DNA of 64,000 nt from an uncultured Candidatus Saccharibacteria bacterium (GTDB lineage Bacteria > Patescibacteriota > CALEFQ01): contig OZ246404.1 of the NCBI GenBank assembly GCA_965230955.1, forward strand, positions 97,184 through 161,183, in the 5' to 3' direction. The notes beneath the pieces were generated by a model, which searched no databases, had not been told where the DNA came from, and saw only the letters and a list, made by a program, of their open reading frames with translations. Of the stretch, positions 63,045 through 64,000 are shown one piece after another (the first letter of the stretch is position 1; every line of letters starts with the position of its first letter). The translations under genes and the position numbers were made by a program.

Positions 63045-64000
63045 ATGACGGGAAAAAACAAGCGACGACAATTGGTGTTAGTCATCAGTGCGGTAATGGC
63101 GGCGCTCTCGTTTTTTATTTTTGGTCTGCTCTCTCCGGTCTCGGCCGCCGAGACCTTTACCTATCCTAATTTCAGTATCGATTCGGAATCAGACGGTCAA
63201 GCTTGGGGTGTCGGCTCATTGGCCGGCGGCGCGATCGTGAACGGCGTCTTGACTTTTGAAGTCAAAGGTTTCCAGCAAGACGATCCCGATAATCCCAAAC
63301 GACAGGTTTTCGCAATGTATGACGCCGACCAGCCGTCGTTGTTCGGTAATCACGGATATTTCATGCATTTTCGGAAAAGAGCGGAAGTGCCGCAGGCCGG
63401 TTATCAGCCCGGGATACAGTTCAAAGGAGCGATCGATTGCGTCTGGTTTGAACCGGAAGCCAATTTTGCGACCGAGCCGTGGAATCCCAATACCAATTAC
63501 AAGTTTACCGTCGCGTGGGGGGGAGACGGAGCGACTCTGACCGTCGAGAACCAATCCGGCGGCAGTTGGTCGGGCAGTGTCGGTTATACTTTGCCTTTTT
63601 TGGCTCAGAGCCAGGAAATAGTTTTTGGCTCGGCCGGTCTGGCCAGCGGCGCTTCTTTTCCGGCCGAACCCGGACTGGAGTATTCCAATATTTCGCTGAC
63701 GGCCAATGATATCGACGATCCCGACGACCTGGACGGCTATCCGCCCTGCGAAGAAACTTTTACCGTTGATCCCGGGACGCGCGAAGACGAGCCGGGGACG
63801 GACGCGGGTGACCCTTATGACGACCCCAATAATCCTTACGATACTTGCGCGTGCGAGCCGATTGACGGTACCAATTCACGGCCCTGCGAAGATCCCAAGG
63901 CCGGCAAGGATGAATTTAAAATTACCGATCCGCCTTTTCGCATCAGCGTCAGCAAATACAAAGGCTTCCCGACCGGATTAAAAGTGGAGCCGCTTTGGAC
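63045..64000 (+). CDS. secreted hypothetical protein, partial (continues past window end)
   Basis: ATG 63045, signal peptide LVLVISAVMAALSFFIFGLLSPVSAAE; open frame to the window edge. Confidence 0.4.
   Translation, partial: MTGKNKRRQLVLVISAVMAALSFFIFGLLSPVSAAETFTYPNFSIDSESDGQAWGVGSLAGGAIVNGVLTFEVKGFQQDDPDNPKRQVFAMYDADQPSLFGNHGYFMHFRKRAEVPQAGYQPGIQFKGAIDCVWFEPEANFATEPWNPNTNYKFTVAWGGDGATLTVENQSGGSWSGSVGYTLPFLAQSQEIVFGSAGLASGASFPAEPGLEYSNISLTANDIDDPDDLDGYPPCEETFTVDPGTREDEPGTDAGDPYDDPNNPYDTCACEPIDGTNSRPCEDPKAGKDEFKITDPPFRISVSKYKGFPTGLKVEPLW

Overview
This 64 kb window looks like a gene-dense bacterial chromosome segment that uses the standard code 11 (TGA, TAA and TAG all serve as ordinary stops). 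The gene content, together with short single-domain enzymes and repeated FG-GAP/YVTN surface proteins, suggests a Patescibacteria/CPR-like organism; that placement is inference only.

Recognisable core genes:
- rluD-like pseudouridine synthase, a cmk-like kinase, rplS (bL19), metK, valS, rpsO (bS15), a NYN-domain protein, pnp, a DnaQ-exonuclease/DinG helicase fusion, an MGMT-like protein, a DksA/TraR zinc finger, lspA, comM/yifB, a PP2C phosphatase, pcrA/uvrD, ksgA/rsmA and a XerC/D-family recombinase.
- Three paralogous secreted FG-GAP repeat proteins and two tandem CHAP-domain cell-wall hydrolases (one with LysM repeats).
- Two tRNA clusters, at 3.9-5.1 kb and 12.8-14.8 kb, plus a tRNA-Arg/tRNA-Lys pair at 30.6 kb.

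Most notable observations:
1. A tRNA(CAU) gene is interrupted by a ~640 nt group I (Azoarcus IC3-like) intron that carries an antisense HNH endonuclease ORF.
2. Small GIY-YIG nuclease genes, one intact and one decayed, sit immediately 5' of tRNA-Phe and tRNA-His and read into them. Each is preceded by a partial 5' copy of the same tRNA that carries a GC mini-hairpin inserted in its D-loop.
3. Short GC-hairpin elements with CG(A/T)AG boxes are inserted at the ends of tRNA-Leu, tRNA-Phe, tRNA-Val and tRNA-Gly, flanked by 9-14 bp duplications of the tRNA terminus.
4. A nine-gene, same-strand type IV secretion-like operon (54.0-64.0 kb) carries VirB4-like, VirB6/TrbL-like and PrgI/VirB3-like components.
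5. There are two pervasive repeat families: long AT-rich imperfect palindromes at more than 12 intergenic sites, and a ~70 nt (GTAAC)n palindromic cassette present four times, three of them around a TrmB-family regulator.
6. Several ORF-poor intergenic blocks with strong sigma70-like promoters and intrinsic terminators are candidate ncRNA loci that I could not identify.
7. A cytoplasmic FN3/discoidin protein is fused to a class I glutamine amidotransferase domain.

No CRISPR array and no rRNA gene are present.
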